A stretch of 24,068 bases of DNA from a virus (Duplodnaviria; Caudoviricetes), in the IMG/VR virus record IMGVR_UViG_3300011338_000890, positions 1 through 24,068 of that record; one strand, given 5' to 3'. This document shows, in pieces, positions 22,536 to 24,068 of the stretch. The notes beneath the pieces are model-generated. The model made no database searches. It was given only the letters and a program-made list of their open reading frames with translations, and had not been told where the DNA came from. Made by a program: the position numbers and the translations under genes. Position 1 is the first letter of the stretch. Each line of letters opens with the position of its first letter.

Positions 22536-24068
22536 ATGGCACCCAACAATCGCATGACGGCTTACCAGAACGCCCGCGCGGCGGAGAAGCCGCAGAAGGG
22601 GCTGACGTACAGCGAGTTGTTGCTCGACAACCTCATTGGCTTTGACAACGAATACGCCTCGACCGGGGAGCAGCTTGGGCAGGCTTTCAGGGATGACCCG
22701 CTTGGGTTTCTGAAGAACGCTGGCGTCTCGGCCTACGAGGGCACAAAGAACGCGGTCCTGCATCCGATTACGACGGCCGAGGAGTTGCTGTCTGGGCTTT
22801 ATGACAGCGGGGCCAACGTGCTGAGCACCCTTGGCCCAGAACCGGCGTACTTGGACAACGCGCTGCAGGAAATGTATGGGGTCAGCTATGACGCGGCGAC
22901 GGACGAGCAGGTCAGCCGGGCGCGGGAAGCCTTGTTCGGCGACGTCTTGAACGTAGCGAGCGTTGTCCCCGTGGGACGGGCCGCGAAGGCAGTCGGAGCC
23001 CCTGTCGCGAAGGCCATAGATAAGGCCCACGTAAACGCCGCCAACGAGTTTTTCCGCGAAACGGGCAATCCGTCGTTTAACCCGGAGGCCGCGGCCAACG
23101 CGCGTTTCTTCTATCCCTCTCAGGACGAGATCATCAGCGGCACGAATTCACAAGACCCCGAGCTCGGTGCCTACGCGGACAAAGCCTTGGAGGCGGAAGA
23201 GCTCCTGAAGGGGGGACTTTCTGCCGAAACCGTACTGAGTGTCACGGGGATCATGCCGGTCCCTCTTAGGTCGGCGACCGGGGCGGATGCGGGTTTTCGA
23301 CTTGTGCTACCCACGGACGAGCAGGGCATCGCCGCGCTTCGGACAAACAGCCCCTATACATTCAAAACCATCGAAGACCCCCAGCTGACAGGGCTGGACT
23401 ACGGTGAATTCAGACCAAGCAGGGACCCGGGCGCGGGACCTTTGGACTACGAGATCGCCATAAACCCGGGCTTGAGCCCGCAGCGGAAGGCGTCCACGTA
23501 TCGTCACGAGCGGACGCATGCGGATTTGATGGAAGGGGGAGTTGGATGGAACGAACTGGGGATGAGCGACACCCGGGCCTTCGACCTTCAACAGGAGGCC
23601 CTTGACACTCTCGACGAGCTCATCAGCGATACGACGGACGTCACGGAGAAAACGCAATACGGAAAGTTGCGGAAAGAATTGTCAGACATGACATCTTTTG
23701 AGGCATACAGCCGGAACCCCGGGGAGATGCTGGCGCGTTTGTCAGAAGGCGATCTCACAATGGCCAAGCGCCTGAGTGCCATCCAAGTCTTGAACCCATA
23801 TCTAAACCCGAGGAGCCTGCCGACACGGGCTGCGCAAGCCCTCGAGACGGCCCTTCGGTCAGAGACGCGGCCCTACATGCGCTTCCTGAAGTCCCGGGCC
23901 CCGTTTATTTCTGGTTTTGACGTTCACACCTCTGTCCCCATGGACATGAACAAAGCCCTGATCACCGACCCGGGATACGTGCCCGAAAACCAAGGCTTCA
24001 TCGCAGACCCCCAATACTGGAATGGGCTGGGCGATCCTTGGGAGGGCATCGACGACATCCCCCCATCC
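22536..24068 (+). CDS. Large protein with zincin metallopeptidase motif (polyvalent/virion-injected type), 3' truncated; absent from ORF track
   Basis: Hand translation is open from ATG 22536 (GGAG RBS; MAPNNRMTAYQ...) to the window end. HERTH at 23505-23519 and downstream YSRNPGEMLAR. Confidence 0.75.
   Translation, partial: MAPNNRMTAYQNARAAEKPQKGLTYSELLLDNLIGFDNEYASTGEQLGQAFRDDPLGFLKNAGVSAYEGTKNAVLHPITTAEELLSGLYDSGANVLSTLGPEPAYLDNALQEMYGVSYDAATDEQVSRAREALFGDVLNVASVVPVGRAAKAVGAPVAKAIDKAHVNAANEFFRETGNPSFNPEAAANARFFYPSQDEIISGTNSQDPELGAYADKALEAEELLKGGLSAETVLSVTGIMPVPLRSATGADAGFRLVLPTDEQGIAALRTNSPYTFKTIEDPQLTGLDYGEFRPSRDPGAGPLDYEIAINPGLSPQRKASTYRHERTHADLMEGGVGWNELGMSDTRAFDLQQEALDTLDELISDTTDVTEKTQYGKLRKELSDMTSFEAYSRNPGEMLARLSEGDLTMAKRLSAIQVLNPYLNPRSLPTRAAQALETALRSETRPYMRFLKSRAPFISGFDVHTSVPMDMNKALITDPGYVPENQGFIADPQYWNGLGDPWEGIDDIPPS

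Overview
A 24 kb segment of a GC-rich tailed dsDNA phage, probably podovirus-like. The GapR/DUF2312 gene suggests an alphaproteobacterial host. From left to right: the 3' end of a large putative virion protein; a minus-strand replication operon (family A DNA polymerase with Leu at the 762-equivalent site, DUF5664 dATP/dGTP diphosphohydrolase, UvrD-like helicase, AlpA-type HTH, AEP primase, SSB-like protein ending DDDIPF, gp33-like protein); a divergent SNF2 helicase; an RHH regulator; and a chain of about 16 translationally coupled small accessory genes (Lar-like, Zn-finger, Nmad5-like). Next come an AT-rich origin-like spacer, terminase small subunit, a Holliday junction resolvase, a Cys-rich protein, and an early-type small-gene cassette with repeated intergenic modules. 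The window ends with a ~700 nt structured non-coding region, GapR, a PD-(D/E)XK nuclease and the start of a large HExxH protein absent from the ORF track. The strongest unexplained signals are non-coding: a palindromic ACTTGT-N9-ACAAGT operator at six promoter regions, a ~325 nt nested fold-back rod upstream of the early cassette, heptamer-periodic arrays near gene starts, and a cuckoo-like anti-Shine-Dalgarno sRNA after gapR. All family assignments come from motif recognition by eye, not database searches.
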